A stretch of DNA of 64,000 nucleotides from Candidatus Paceibacter sp. (GCA_014237915.1 JABACC010000013.1:64568-128567), one strand, 5' to 3'; positions 47,776 to 56,874 are shown, counted from the first letter of the stretch. Notes: a model not told the origin generated them from the letters alone. Numbers and translations are program-made.

Positions 47776-48756
47776 TTAATAAATTTCAAAACCGATTTTT
47801 TTGCGAACTTCGAGTATTTTTTTATTTGCTTGTTTTTTAGCTTCAGCTCCACCTTTTTTTAAAATTTTTAAAACTTTTTCTGGGTTTTTTTCTAATTCTT
47901 TTCTTTTTTTTCTCATATCTTTTAGATATTTATTTACAACTTCAGCTGCAAAAATTTTAATTTCTCCATAGCCGTAGCCTCCTTCTTCAAACATTTTTCG
48001 CATTTTTTTATTTTCTTCTGCATTTGCAAAAAGTTTAAAAATTTTATAAAGGGTATATTTTTCTGGATTTTTTTTAGCAGAAATTTTTTTTGAATCCATT
48101 GGAATAGACATCATGTATTTTAAAGTTTCTTTTTCTGAAACAAAAAGAGGAAGTTCGTTTTTGTAAGACTTAGACATTTTTCTTCCATCATTTCCTAAAA
48201 TAACAGAAACTTCTTTTTTAACAAAAGCACGGGGCTCTTTAAAAGTTTTTCCAAAAGTATTATTAAATTTTCTGACAATTTCCCTAGCCATTTCTATGTG
48301 TTGTTTTTGATCTTCTCCAACAGGCACAATTTCCGCGTCGTACAAAACAATGTCTGATGTTTGCAAAATTGGATAATCAAAAAGGCCAACGGAAACATCT
48401 TTATTTTTTGCCTGAGAATCTTTAAAAGCATGAGCCCGCATTAATGTTGGCACCGAAACTATGCAGTTAAAAATCCAAGTAAGTTCGGTGTGAGCTGGAA
48501 TATCTGATTGTTTATAAAAAACTACTTTTTTAGGATCAATTCCAACAGCTAATAAATCAATGGCTACATTTAAAATATTTTTCTCCATTTTTTTTTTATC
48601 TTGAACGGAAATTAAAGCGTGATAATCTGGAATAAAAATATAGACTTTTTTGTATTTATTTTGAAGATCCACCCACTGCTTTAAAGCTCCAAAATAATTT
48701 CCAATGTGAGGGTTACCTGTTGGCTTAATTCCTGAAAGTAAAATTTCTTTTTTCAT
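47776..48756 (-). CDS. trpS: Tryptophan--tRNA ligase
   Basis: GIKPTGNPHIGNY is the HIGH region and GRKMSKS is KMSKS. The start is set at the ATG at 48756, MKKEILLSG. The tracked ORF's longer N-terminus runs through a terminator-like hairpin. An extended -10 tgTTATAAT sits 6 nt upstream. Confidence 0.85.
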   Translation of the reverse strand: MKKEILLSGIKPTGNPHIGNYFGALKQWVDLQNKYKKVYIFIPDYHALISVQDKKKMEKNILNVAIDLLAVGIDPKKVVFYKQSDIPAHTELTWIFNCIVSVPTLMRAHAFKDSQAKNKDVSVGLFDYPILQTSDIVLYDAEIVPVGEDQKQHIEMAREIVRKFNNTFGKTFKEPRAFVKKEVSVILGNDGRKMSKSYKNELPLFVSEKETLKYMMSIPMDSKKISAKKNPEKYTLYKIFKLFANAEENKKMRKMFEEGGYGYGEIKIFAAEVVNKYLKDMRKKRKELEKNPEKVLKILKKGGAEAKKQANKKILEVRKKIGFEIY

Positions 48757-48762
48757 ATAAAA

Positions 48763-48770
48763 ATTATAAC
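48763..48770 (-). promoter_or_regulatory. Extended -10 (TGtTATAAT) 6 nt upstream of the trpS ATG (leaderless-type)
   Basis: The minus strand reads aaaaTGtTATAATtttttatATG. Confidence 0.45.
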
Positions 48771-49050
48771 ATTTTACAAAAGAAAAAACTTCGCAGAGCG
48801 AAGTTTTTTCTATGCTTCCAATAAAATAAATTTTATTAAAAGCGTTGTGAGAAAAATAAATTCTTCCCACAACGCTTTCAACAAAAAATGTTGAGAGCAA
48901 ACTTTCATAAAGAAAGTTTTGTAATTATATGGAAAAATAAAATCATTTCAAATTTTTTTAAAGCAAAATGTGGATAACTTTTTTGTGTTTTTGAGCCGGA
49001 AAAAAGGCGGATTTTGCTTCGAAAAATCCGCCTTTTTCTCCCTTAAATGT

Positions 49051-49056
49051 TATAAT
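49051..49056 (+). promoter_or_regulatory. -10 TATAAT 6 nt upstream of the fmt ATG (leaderless-type)
   Basis: The sequence is tgttATAATtccaaaATG. Hairpins lie upstream at 48783-48809 and 49006-49032. Confidence 0.4.
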
Positions 49057-49062
49057 TCCAAA

Positions 49063-49890
49063 ATGGGAAAAAAAGTAAGAACAATTTTTTTTGGCACTCC
49101 AAAAATATCAGTCTATTTTTTAGAAAAAGCAAAAAGTCTTGGCTTTTCTCCAGATTTAATAATTACAAATCCAGACAAATTTTCTGGAAGAAAAAAAATA
49201 TTAACTCCCCCACCAGTTAAGCTTTGGGCTGAGGAAAATAAAATTCCATACTTACAGCCACAAAATTTATACGAAGAAAGTTTTTTAAATAAAATAAAAA
49301 ACTATAATCTTTTTTTTGTTTTTGCTTACAATAAAATTTTAAAAAAAGAAATTTTGGAAATTCCAAATTTTGGAATTTTAAATTTACATCCCTCACTTTT
49401 ACCAAAATATCGAGGCCCTTCACCAATAATTTCTGCTTTGTTGGGCGACGAGAAAAATACAGGTCTTTCTATTATAAGGCTTGATGAAAAAATGGATTCG
49501 GGCCCAATAGTTTTTCAAAAAAAAATAAAAATTGAAAACTGGCAAAAAAATAATATTTTAGAAAAATTTTTTGCTGAGAATGGAGCAGAAGCTTTTGTAA
49601 AAATGTTGCCAGATTTTTTAGAAGGAAAAATAAAAGAAAAAAAACAAGAAAATGAAAATGCTACTTATTGCAAAAAATTTGAAAAAAAAGATATGGAAAT
49701 TTTTTCTTCTGACGACGAATATTTAAAATGGAGAAAATTTTTAGCTTTTTCTAAATCTTTTTTTATGGGGGAAGTTGAAAAAAGATTTGTTGTAACTGAT
49801 GCAGAATTTTCTGATAATAAATTTTTAATTAAAAAAGTAATTCCTGAGGGAAAAAAAGAAACGGATTTTAAAAAAGATTTTTTAAAATAA
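49063..49890 (+). CDS. fmt: Methionyl-tRNA formyltransferase
   Basis: It has IFFGTP, the HPSLLPKYRGPSPI motif and the Fmt C-terminal domain. The start is set at MGKKVRTIFFG because the tracked N-terminal extension crosses a hairpin. Confidence 0.8.
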   Translation: MGKKVRTIFFGTPKISVYFLEKAKSLGFSPDLIITNPDKFSGRKKILTPPPVKLWAEENKIPYLQPQNLYEESFLNKIKNYNLFFVFAYNKILKKEILEIPNFGILNLHPSLLPKYRGPSPIISALLGDEKNTGLSIIRLDEKMDSGPIVFQKKIKIENWQKNNILEKFFAENGAEAFVKMLPDFLEGKIKEKKQENENATYCKKFEKKDMEIFSSDDEYLKWRKFLAFSKSFFMGEVEKRFVVTDAEFSDNKFLIKKVIPEGKKETDFKKDFLK

Positions 49891-49895
49891 AAATA

Positions 49896-49924
49896 AAAGC
49901 GCGGCCCTGCGGGCCGCGCTTTTA
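49896..49924 (+). terminator. fmt terminator aaaagcgcggccc-tgc-gggccgcgctttt
   Basis: GC-rich 9-bp stem followed by a T run. Confidence 0.6.
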
Positions 49925-50006
49925 TTTCCACTTTTTTTTTAAAAAAAACTTGCAATTAAATAAAAAAACATTATAATAAATTTAGGCCAACAACAGAGGA
50001 TAAAAT

Positions 50007-50123
50007 TATGAAAAAATTTCCAATTACTGTAGATTATGTCATGTATTTTTATGATCCTTGTCGTGAAGGATTCTTTAATATTTGGAATGATCCCCTTCCA
50101 GCGAAGGAAGTTCTGTCAGGAAA
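50007..50123 (+). CDS. Candidate stand-alone 38-aa protein (MKKFPITVDYVMYFYDPCREGFFNIWNDPLPAKEVLSGN)
   Basis: It has its own TTGCAA-16-TATAAT promoter at 49951-49978, a GAGGA SD 9 nt upstream and a terminator at 50147-50167. Confidence 0.35.
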
Positions 50124-50146
50124 CTGACTGGTAAATCCACAAATTC

Positions 50147-50167
50147 GCGCGCACCTTTGGTGCGCGC
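50147..50167 (+). terminator. Hairpin gcgcgcacc-tttg-gtgcgcgc followed by TTATTATTTTTT
   Basis: Plus-strand intrinsic terminator just after the 38-codon ORF. Confidence 0.5.
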
Positions 50168-50230
50168 TTATTATTTTTTAAAAAAATTTATTTAAAATTT
50201 AATTCCCAAAAAGAAAAAATTTTTATATTT

Positions 50231-51067
50231 TTAAATACTAAAAAAATTTATTCCAAAAAATTTTCTTAATTTTCCAATTTTTGTTCTTTTTATTGAAAGT
50301 GCCAAGCCTTTTGTTTCTAATTTTTCAGCAATTTGCTCAGAAAGAACTCGCATATAAGTTCCTGAAGAACACCGGCATTTTATTTTTAAAATAGTGAATT
50401 TTTTATTTTCTGGAAAATTTTCAAAAACTTTTTTCCATTTTTGACGGATTTCCGCTCTGCGGAAATCCGCCCCTAACTGCTTTGATTTTTCCTCAACTTT
50501 TTTTGGTTTTTCAATTTTCTCAAATATATATTTTTCTAAATCTTTTTTTGAAATTTCTCTTTTTTCTAAAAATTTTAAATAATAAATTTCAACTTCTTTT
50601 TTAGGAATTTCTATTTCGTTTTCCTTTCCTTCTAATTTCCACAAAAAAAGCGGTTTTCCTAAAACTGTTTTTGATGAAAACAACGGATAAGGAAAAAGAT
50701 TTTTTCCTTTAAAAGAATTTAAAATTTTTTGGATTTTTTTAGGTGCAAAAAGCGAAGCTTTTTGCACCTCAATATTTTTTCTATCATTTTCAAAAAAATT
50801 TCCCAAACCTAAAACATCTCCTGTGTCTGAAAAAAAATCAAGCAAAATTTCAACCTCATATTCTTTATCTAAATTTAAATACTTATCTCTTTTTTTACAT
50901 TCATCTCCAACAAGAACAAGCATCTTCCCTTCTGCCATCGGGTCTAATCTCCCAGCGTAGGCCATTTTTTCATTTTCATAAGCTGAATTTTCTTTTTTAA
51001 AATTTTCAATAACTTCCAGTGGAGTTTGCCCAACTTTTTTATTTAAAACTAAAAATTTTTTATTCAT
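50231..51067 (-). CDS. truB: tRNA pseudouridine(55) synthase
   Basis: MAYAGRLDPMAEGKMLVLVGDECKK matches the TruB catalytic Asp motif (GTLDPxAxG). Confidence 0.75.
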   Translation of the reverse strand: MNKKFLVLNKKVGQTPLEVIENFKKENSAYENEKMAYAGRLDPMAEGKMLVLVGDECKKRDKYLNLDKEYEVEILLDFFSDTGDVLGLGNFFENDRKNIEVQKASLFAPKKIQKILNSFKGKNLFPYPLFSSKTVLGKPLFLWKLEGKENEIEIPKKEVEIYYLKFLEKREISKKDLEKYIFEKIEKPKKVEEKSKQLGADFRRAEIRQKWKKVFENFPENKKFTILKIKCRCSSGTYMRVLSEQIAEKLETKGLALSIKRTKIGKLRKFFGINFFSI

Positions 51068-51701
51068 TTTTTATATAAACTTCACTTAATTGATCTAGGT
51101 TTGGGCCAATCTTGAAAATAATTTTTTTATCTGGATCTTCATCTTTAAAAACCTCTTCACTAAAAATTCCCACCTTATAATCTTCATCAAAAGAAATTAA
51201 AAGCTCTGATTTTTTTGAAATTGGAATTTCTCTTGAAATAAAAACTTCAATTTCTCCAGATCCTGTACCGAAACCTTCAACATCAAAAAAAGTTTCATTC
51301 TCCTCATCTTTCAAAACAAAAATATTTTTTTGCCCGAATGCTGAAAAAAAAGAAATTTTTGAAAAATCATCGGATACAAATTTATTTTTTCCGATAGCCC
51401 AGAAATTTCCTCTAAAAAAATTAAAGATAAGCTCGTCTTCTTTTATTTGTTTATTATCTTTAAAAAAAATTGCAGAGTCATAAAAATTTTTATCTGGCCT
51501 TAAAACAACATTCATTTTAGTAAAGATACTTTCATTAAAAATTTTTTCTTTATTTGGAATTTCAACAAAAATTTCCTCTGGCTCATTTTTTATTAAAAAA
51601 ATATTTCCAAACAAATCAAAAAAAAATGAGTAAAAAAAATACAAGAAAAGAAAAAATAAAATAATTATAAAAAATGTTTTTTTAAAAATATTTCTTTTCA
51701 T
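51060..51701 (-). CDS. Membrane-anchored protein downstream of mreB (possible divergent MreC)
   Basis: It has an N-terminal TM helix and overlaps the next gene by 8 nt. The call rests on position only. Confidence 0.3.
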   Translation of the reverse strand: MKRNIFKKTFFIIILFFLFLYFFYSFFFDLFGNIFLIKNEPEEIFVEIPNKEKIFNESIFTKMNVVLRPDKNFYDSAIFFKDNKQIKEDELIFNFFRGNFWAIGKNKFVSDDFSKISFFSAFGQKNIFVLKDEENETFFDVEGFGTGSGEIEVFISREIPISKKSELLISFDEDYKVGIFSEEVFKDEDPDKKIIFKIGPNLDQLSEVYIKNE

Positions 51702-51702
51702 T

Positions 51703-52806
51703 TTAAATACTTAAAGAAAGCTCTTTTTCTTCATCAACAAAAGATTCTTTGTAATAATCTAGGTCTTCAAGAGCAATTCCAGTTCCTCTCACAACTGCTG
51801 TCAAAGGATCTTCCACAATGTGAACTTTTGTATTTAGATTTTTTTTAATTAATTTATCAAGACCGCAAATTAAAGATCCCCCTCCGGTGATAAAAATTCC
51901 AGACTCTAAAACATCAGAAATAATTTCTGGTGGAGTTTTTTCTACAACTTCTTTAACTCCTTCAATTAAAAGATCAATTGAGTCTTTCATCGCTTTTTGA
52001 ATATCTGAAGAATAAATTTCAACTTCTTTTGGAATTCCATTCACGGAATCTCTTCCTCTTATTTTAAAACTTATGTCTTTTTCTTTTTTCTTAATCTCCA
52101 AAACAGAACAAATTTTAATTTTTGCTTCTTCGGCTGTTTTTTCTCCGATAATTATTTTGTATCTTTCTTTAACATACTCAATTATATTTTGATTAAAATG
52201 ATCACCAGCGATTTTCATATTTTTTGAAGCCACAATTCCACCAAGAGAAATAACGGCAACATCTGTTGTTCCTCCGCCAATATCAATAATTATTGTCCCT
52301 TTAGCTTCTTTTACAGGAAGATTTTCGCCAATCGCTGCTGCCATCGGTTCTTCAATAATAAAAACTTCACGTGCTCCAGCATCATACGCCGCGTCTCTAA
52401 CAGCCCTTGTCTCAACATTTGTAATGCCGGAAGGAACTCCCACTAAAACTCTCGGGCCCAAAATACCAATTTTTTTAGCAAAATCTCTTTCGGCTTTGTT
52501 TATCAAAAAAGCAATCATTTCTCCAGCCACTTCAAAATTAGAAATAACTCCGTCAACAACAGGCCTTTCAGCTTTTATGTGCATTGGTGTTCTTCCGAGC
52601 ATATTTTTTGCCTCAGAGCCCACAGCCACCACTCTTCCTGTTTTTTCATTTATAGCCACCACAGATGGTTCGTTTATAACAATTCCCTTTCCAGAAACAT
52701 AAACTAAAGCGTTGGCCGTTCCTAAATCAATTCCAATATCATTTGAAATTCTTTTTATAAAAAACCTCCTTACTTTATTAAAAGAATCTTTAATTTTTTC
52801 TAACAT
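51703..52806 (-). CDS. mreB: Rod shape-determining protein MreB
   Basis: DIGIDLGTANALVYVSGKGIVINEPSVVAI and the actin-fold phosphate motifs are present. Confidence 0.9.
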   Translation of the reverse strand: MLEKIKDSFNKVRRFFIKRISNDIGIDLGTANALVYVSGKGIVINEPSVVAINEKTGRVVAVGSEAKNMLGRTPMHIKAERPVVDGVISNFEVAGEMIAFLINKAERDFAKKIGILGPRVLVGVPSGITNVETRAVRDAAYDAGAREVFIIEEPMAAAIGENLPVKEAKGTIIIDIGGGTTDVAVISLGGIVASKNMKIAGDHFNQNIIEYVKERYKIIIGEKTAEEAKIKICSVLEIKKKEKDISFKIRGRDSVNGIPKEVEIYSSDIQKAMKDSIDLLIEGVKEVVEKTPPEIISDVLESGIFITGGGSLICGLDKLIKKNLNTKVHIVEDPLTAVVRGTGIALEDLDYYKESFVDEEKELSLSI

Positions 52807-52857
52807 AAAAATAATTTTAACAAAAAAAAATGAAAAAAACGATTTATTAAAAATAAT

Positions 52858-53508
52858 TTAATCTTTATTTTTTTCAAAAATAGCTTTAATATTTCCAAAA
52901 TTGCTTTTCCAAATCTCACAACATTCAAAATTATTTTCAAAAAATATTTCTTTTAAAGAATCTTCTGTGTAAAGATGCATTTTTTCTTCAATTTTAAAAT
53001 CATCTTTGGCTTTTTTTGTGGGAGAAAAAATGGGTGAATTTATTTTTCCATAAAATTTTTCATCTTTTAAAAAATAAGTGTCGGGCGAACAAACAGAAAT
53101 GAAAACCTTGCCCCCTTTTTTCACTTTTTTATTTAAAATTTTTAAAAAATCTTTGGCTTCATTTTCTTTTAAATAGTGAAAAAATCTTCCCATAAAAACT
53201 CCTGAGATGTTGTCTGGAAAATCTTTGTATTTTGCTTTTCCAATATTTATTTTTTTAAAAATAAAATTTTTAGAATTATAAAAATAAGAAGTTAATAAAA
53301 ATAAAAAAAATGGAATTTTTTTCTCATCGTATAAAAAAACTTTTTTGCCAAGAAGAAAAAACAAAATTCCCATTTTTCCAGATCCGCACCCAATGTCTAA
53401 GAAAATTTCTCCTTTTTTTTTCTCAAGAGCAAAAGAAACAGCTTTTTTTTCTAAATCATCAATTTTATTTTTAGAAATATCTATTCCTTTTTTTTTCTTA
53501 GAAAACAT
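52858..53508 (-). CDS. Class I SAM-dependent methyltransferase
   Basis: FLDIGCGSGKMG is motif I, and the Rossmann-fold spacing fits. Confidence 0.6.
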   Translation of the reverse strand: MFSKKKKGIDISKNKIDDLEKKAVSFALEKKKGEIFLDIGCGSGKMGILFFLLGKKVFLYDEKKIPFFLFLLTSYFYNSKNFIFKKINIGKAKYKDFPDNISGVFMGRFFHYLKENEAKDFLKILNKKVKKGGKVFISVCSPDTYFLKDEKFYGKINSPIFSPTKKAKDDFKIEEKMHLYTEDSLKEIFFENNFECCEIWKSNFGNIKAIFEKNKD

Positions 53509-53560
53509 AAAAATATATTTGTATTATACATTTTTTTTTGTTAAAATTTTTGAAAATTAT

Positions 53561-53632
53561 TCCACAGTAGCTCAGTGGTAGAGCAGTTGACTGTTAATCA
53601 ATTGGCCGTAGGTTCGAATCCTACCTGTGGAG
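53561..53632 (+). tRNA. tRNA-Asn (anticodon GTT)
   Basis: TCCACAG-TA-GCTCAGTGGTAGAGC-A-GTTGA-CTGTTAA-TCAAT-TGGCC-GTAGGTTCGAATCCTAC-CTGTGGA-G. Confidence 0.9.
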
Positions 53633-53764
53633 CAAAAATACAAATTCTAAATCAAAACAGATAGTAAATATCTATCTCCCGAATCTGGAGCTTATTTTTT
53701 TATTAATAAAAATAAAATTGAATTTATTTTTTTTTATTGATAAAATAATATAAATTAACAAAAT

Positions 53765-55012
53765 ATGAAAACATACAAAAAAAATGAAGAATTAAAGAAA
53801 GATATGCCTGAAAAACAAGTGTTTTATTATGTGGACGAAAAAGAAGAACTTAATGTTTTATCCAGAGAAGTCTATAAAAAAAGACCTCTAGAGGTTCATT
53901 ATCCTTTTAAAAAGGATGGTGGGCCAAAATATAAATACATTAAATCTGTAGAATTTCATAATATTTCACCATCATTAATTAAGGGTGTCTTAAAATCACC
54001 AAAAATGGGACTCGGTTTTACTCGTTATCTCAGTCCTGTTGTATACGAATTAGAAAAATTTGAAAATATACAAAAAATAATAATATCTAAAAACGACCAA
54101 TCCTATTTTGATAAAAAAAGTATTACTTTTAATATTTGTGACCTTGAGAAAATGTTTAGGTGCTTAAAACCGTTTAAAGATGTCCAGTCCAGTAAATTAA
54201 AGACAACTTCTAATAATTTACTTTCGGAAATATTTCCAGAAAAAATAAAAGAGGTTGGGCACTCTTATACTAAAAATGAGCTAGGTATTTTTATAAGAGA
54301 AAATAAACTAACGCCTGATGAATTATCTGAAAAAGATGTGGAGAGTGTCATCTCGTTAATTCCTAAAAATATAAGTACTGAAAAAGTTTTCTTCCAAGCA
54401 GAAGAAAAAATAAATTTCATTAAGTTGAACAAAATCAAAGAAGATTTTAATAAATTACTTAATCAAAAAACAGACACCTCTAAGCTAGAAGAAAAATGTC
54501 AACAATTTTTTAAAAAAAATAGCTGGGTACTTTCCAATATCCTTTCTGTTCCTGTAGCCATACTGAAGGACAAGGCTTACGTAGGGGGTAAAGACTATAA
54601 AGACACAGGTGGACGAATCGCTGACTTTCTATATAGTAATAAATTTACAAAGAATGTTTGTGTAATTGAAATTAAAACTCCACTAAAAAAAATTATTGAC
54701 GCAAAAACACCATACAGAAAGCCTGATGTGTTTAGTCTTGGAAAAGAACTCACGGGTGGTATCGTCCAGGTATTAGACCAGAAGGATAATTTGCAGAAAG
54801 ATTTTTATAAGCTCTCTCAAGGTGATGAATTCAAATCCTTTAATCCTAAAGTTTTATTAGTAATAGGTAGGATTTCTTCGCTAACTAGTGAACAGTTGAA
54901 ATCATTTGAATTATTCAGGGGTAACATTAAAGATGTTGAAGTGGTAACTTTTGATGAATTGAATGAGAGGACAGATATAATATTCGGTAATTTTCTAGAT
55001 AACAAAAAATAA
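53765..55012 (+). CDS. Shedu-like anti-phage defence protein candidate (DUF4263-type PD-(D/E)xK nuclease domain)
   Basis: The C-terminal half carries GRIADFLY...VCVIEIKTP (D...ExK), then GGIVQVLDQ, then VLLVIGRISSLT and EVVTFDEL. This matches the ordered DUF4263/SduA motifs as recalled. It is a single gene between two tRNAs, and its composition differs from the flanks by eye. Confidence 0.5.
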   Translation: MKTYKKNEELKKDMPEKQVFYYVDEKEELNVLSREVYKKRPLEVHYPFKKDGGPKYKYIKSVEFHNISPSLIKGVLKSPKMGLGFTRYLSPVVYELEKFENIQKIIISKNDQSYFDKKSITFNICDLEKMFRCLKPFKDVQSSKLKTTSNNLLSEIFPEKIKEVGHSYTKNELGIFIRENKLTPDELSEKDVESVISLIPKNISTEKVFFQAEEKINFIKLNKIKEDFNKLLNQKTDTSKLEEKCQQFFKKNSWVLSNILSVPVAILKDKAYVGGKDYKDTGGRIADFLYSNKFTKNVCVIEIKTPLKKIIDAKTPYRKPDVFSLGKELTGGIVQVLDQKDNLQKDFYKLSQGDEFKSFNPKVLLVIGRISSLTSEQLKSFELFRGNIKDVEVVTFDELNERTDIIFGNFLDNKK

Positions 55013-55142
55013 TACAAGAAACCTTTGAGTGGATGAAAACTAATGCTGAAAAATTTAAAAGCACGTTTTCAAAATATTTCTAAAAAATATTTTATTTTTT
55101 GCAAAAAAAGTTGTTTTTAGTATAATTTTAAAAAAATTTATT

Positions 55143-55215
55143 GCCACTTTAGCTCAGTTGGTAGAGCAATGGTTTTGTAAACCATAGGTCGTGGGTTCGA
55201 ATCCCTCAAGTGGCT
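55143..55215 (+). tRNA. tRNA-Thr (anticodon TGT)
   Basis: GCCACTT-TA-GCTCAGTTGGTAGAGC-A-ATGGT-TTTGTAA-ACCAT-AGGTC-GTGGGTTCGAATCCCTC-AAGTGGC-T. Confidence 0.9.
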
Positions 55216-55232
55216 CAAAAAGTTAAAAAAAT

Positions 55233-55300
55233 TTTGAGAAAGAATAGCCAAAAAAATGGAAAGCAATTGCTTTCCATTTTTTTGGCTATTCTTTCTCAAA
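55233..55300. terminator. Very long perfect inverted repeat (29-bp arms, AATT loop) between tRNA-Thr(+) and tsf(-)
   Basis: The arms are tttgagaaagaatagccaaaaaaatggaaagc and gctttccatttttttggctattctttctcaaa, separated by aatt. Confidence 0.55.
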
Positions 55301-55310
55301 ATTTTTAAAA

Positions 55311-56063
55311 TTATTCTCCTACCCCAACTCTCACAAATCTTAAAACTTCAGCGCCTTCTAAAAAATCTGAAATTTTTTGTTCTGGATTTTTAATATATTC
55401 TTGAGTAAGTAAAACTCTTTCTTTAAAATAAGCTGAAAGTTTTCCTTCTAAAATTTTTTCTCTCATTTGTTCTGGCTTGTCTGCAACTTCTTTTTCTAAA
55501 ACTTCTTTGGCTTTGTTTTTTTCATCATCAGAAATATTTTCTTCTGAAACATAAACTGGATTTTGTGCTGCAATATGCATTGAAAGATCTCTGGATTTTT
55601 CTCCAATATTTTCTGAAAGCTCAACCATTGCTCCAATTTTATTATTGCTGTGTATGTAAAAACCAACATTTCCTGAATATTTTTCTTGTTTTGCAACTTC
55701 AATTCTTTCTCCAAATTTTTGAACCATTTCAGAAACAATTTCTTCTGTTTCTTCTCCCGCCAAAATTTTTTCTGCAATTTTTTTAGCAAATTCTCCAAAC
55801 TCTTCATTGTTTGCCACAAAATCTGTTTCACAAGCAAGCTCTATCATTAAAGTTTCTGAAGAATTTTGAGCAACTGAAATAACTCCAGATCCAAGTTCCC
55901 TGTCTCCTTTTTTGGCTGCAATTTCTCCTGATTTTTTGGTTAAGGCTATTTTTGCTTTTTCTAAATCCCCTCCAGCTTCCTCTAAAGCTTTTTTGCATTG
56001 CATAATAGAAACTCCTGTTTGCTCTCTTAATTTTTTTACTAAATCAATATTTATTTCACTCAT
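55311..56063 (-). CDS. tsf: Elongation factor Ts
   Basis: LVKKLREQTGVSIMQCKKALEEAGGDLEKA is the EF-Ts N-terminal UBA-like signature. It lies downstream of rpsB. Confidence 0.85.
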   Translation of the reverse strand: MSEINIDLVKKLREQTGVSIMQCKKALEEAGGDLEKAKIALTKKSGEIAAKKGDRELGSGVISVAQNSSETLMIELACETDFVANNEEFGEFAKKIAEKILAGEETEEIVSEMVQKFGERIEVAKQEKYSGNVGFYIHSNNKIGAMVELSENIGEKSRDLSMHIAAQNPVYVSEENISDDEKNKAKEVLEKEVADKPEQMREKILEGKLSAYFKERVLLTQEYIKNPEQKISDFLEGAEVLRFVRVGVGE

Positions 56064-56075
56064 TTTATTTTTTAA

Positions 56076-56759
56076 TTAATTTTTTTTAAAATCTGACACA
56101 AGTTCTTTTAAAATAATTTCTGTAGTTTTTGCAGAAGCGTCGTTTGCCGCAATTGGAAAATCAATTTTTGAAAGATTGCAGTCTGTACTAGAAATTGAAA
56201 TAATTTTTACTCCAGTTTCTTTAGCTTCTTTTACAGCAATACTTTCAAAACCAGAATCAACAACAAAAATTACTTTTGGTTTTTCATTTAAAGATAGAAG
56301 TCCTATATAGTATCTTTTTAATTTTTCAACTTCTCTTTCTAAATTTAATCTTTCTTTTTTTGTAAATCTTGTAAGTTCGCCTTTTTCAAATGAATCCATT
56401 AATTCTTGAAGTCTTTTTGATCTTTTTCTAATTTCAGAAAAGTTTGTTAAAGTTCCACCGATCCAACGAGTAGAAACATAAGGAAAGCCAAAAGATGAAG
56501 CAACTTCTTTTACGAAATCTCTTGATTCTTTTTTGTTTGCTAAAAATAAAACCTTTCCTCCTTTTGAGTGAATTTCTGTTAAAAATTTTTTAGCTTCCAA
56601 AATAGCAAGTGCTGTTTTTTCTAAATTTATAATATCAACTCCTTTTTTGTTTGTTAATATATTTTCTTTTGTTGTCGGGTGTCTTTTTGATTTTGAGTAG
56701 CCAAAATGTGCTCCCGCGGCAAACAATTCGTCTACTAATTTATTATTAATTTTATCCAT
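56076..56759 (-). CDS. rpsB: 30S ribosomal protein S2
   Basis: It has LFAAGAHFGYSKSKRHP and sits in the rpsB-tsf operon. Confidence 0.85.
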   Translation of the reverse strand: MDKINNKLVDELFAAGAHFGYSKSKRHPTTKENILTNKKGVDIINLEKTALAILEAKKFLTEIHSKGGKVLFLANKKESRDFVKEVASSFGFPYVSTRWIGGTLTNFSEIRKRSKRLQELMDSFEKGELTRFTKKERLNLEREVEKLKRYYIGLLSLNEKPKVIFVVDSGFESIAVKEAKETGVKIISISSTDCNLSKIDFPIAANDASAKTTEIILKELVSDFKKN

Positions 56760-56804
56760 AATGAGCGATATTTTAACAAATTTTCAGTTTTTAGCAAAGA
56801 AAAA

Positions 56805-56833
56805 GCGGGCAAAAAGCTTCGCTTTTTGCCCGC
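56805..56833. other. Hairpin gcgggcaaaaagc-ttc-gctttttgcccgc in the divergent rpsB/thrS intergenic region
   Basis: It is the same GC-clamp/TTCG family. It lies in the 5' region of both genes rather than a 3' end. Confidence 0.4.
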
Positions 56834-56858
56834 TTTTTCTTTTTACACTTAATTTTTA

Positions 56859-56867
56859 TGTTAAAAT
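56859..56867 (+). promoter_or_regulatory. Extended -10 TGTTAAAAT 7 nt upstream of the thrS ATG (leaderless-type)
   Basis: The sequence is ttaTGTTAAAATtcttcttATG. Confidence 0.45.
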
Positions 56868-56874
56868 TCTTCTT

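Noticed and set aside
48757-48900. N-terminal 48-codon extension of trpS in the ORF track
   Set aside because: The extension runs through a GC-clamp hairpin (48783-48809). An extended -10 sits 6 nt before the internal ATG at 48756, where the protein begins with the conserved MKKEILLSG...HIGN region.
48970-49062. N-terminal 31-codon extension of fmt
   Set aside because: It crosses the hairpin at 49006-49032. TATAAT lies 6 nt upstream of the internal ATG at 49063, which begins the conserved Fmt N-terminus.
55496-55837. Two ORFs (113 aa minus, 73 aa plus) inside tsf
   Set aside because: They are alternative-frame or antisense ORFs within a well-supported EF-Ts gene.
56761-56874. N-terminal 38-codon extension of thrS
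   Set aside because: It crosses the hairpin at 56805-56833 and overlaps the rpsB start. TGTTAAAAT lies 7 nt before the ATG at 56875.
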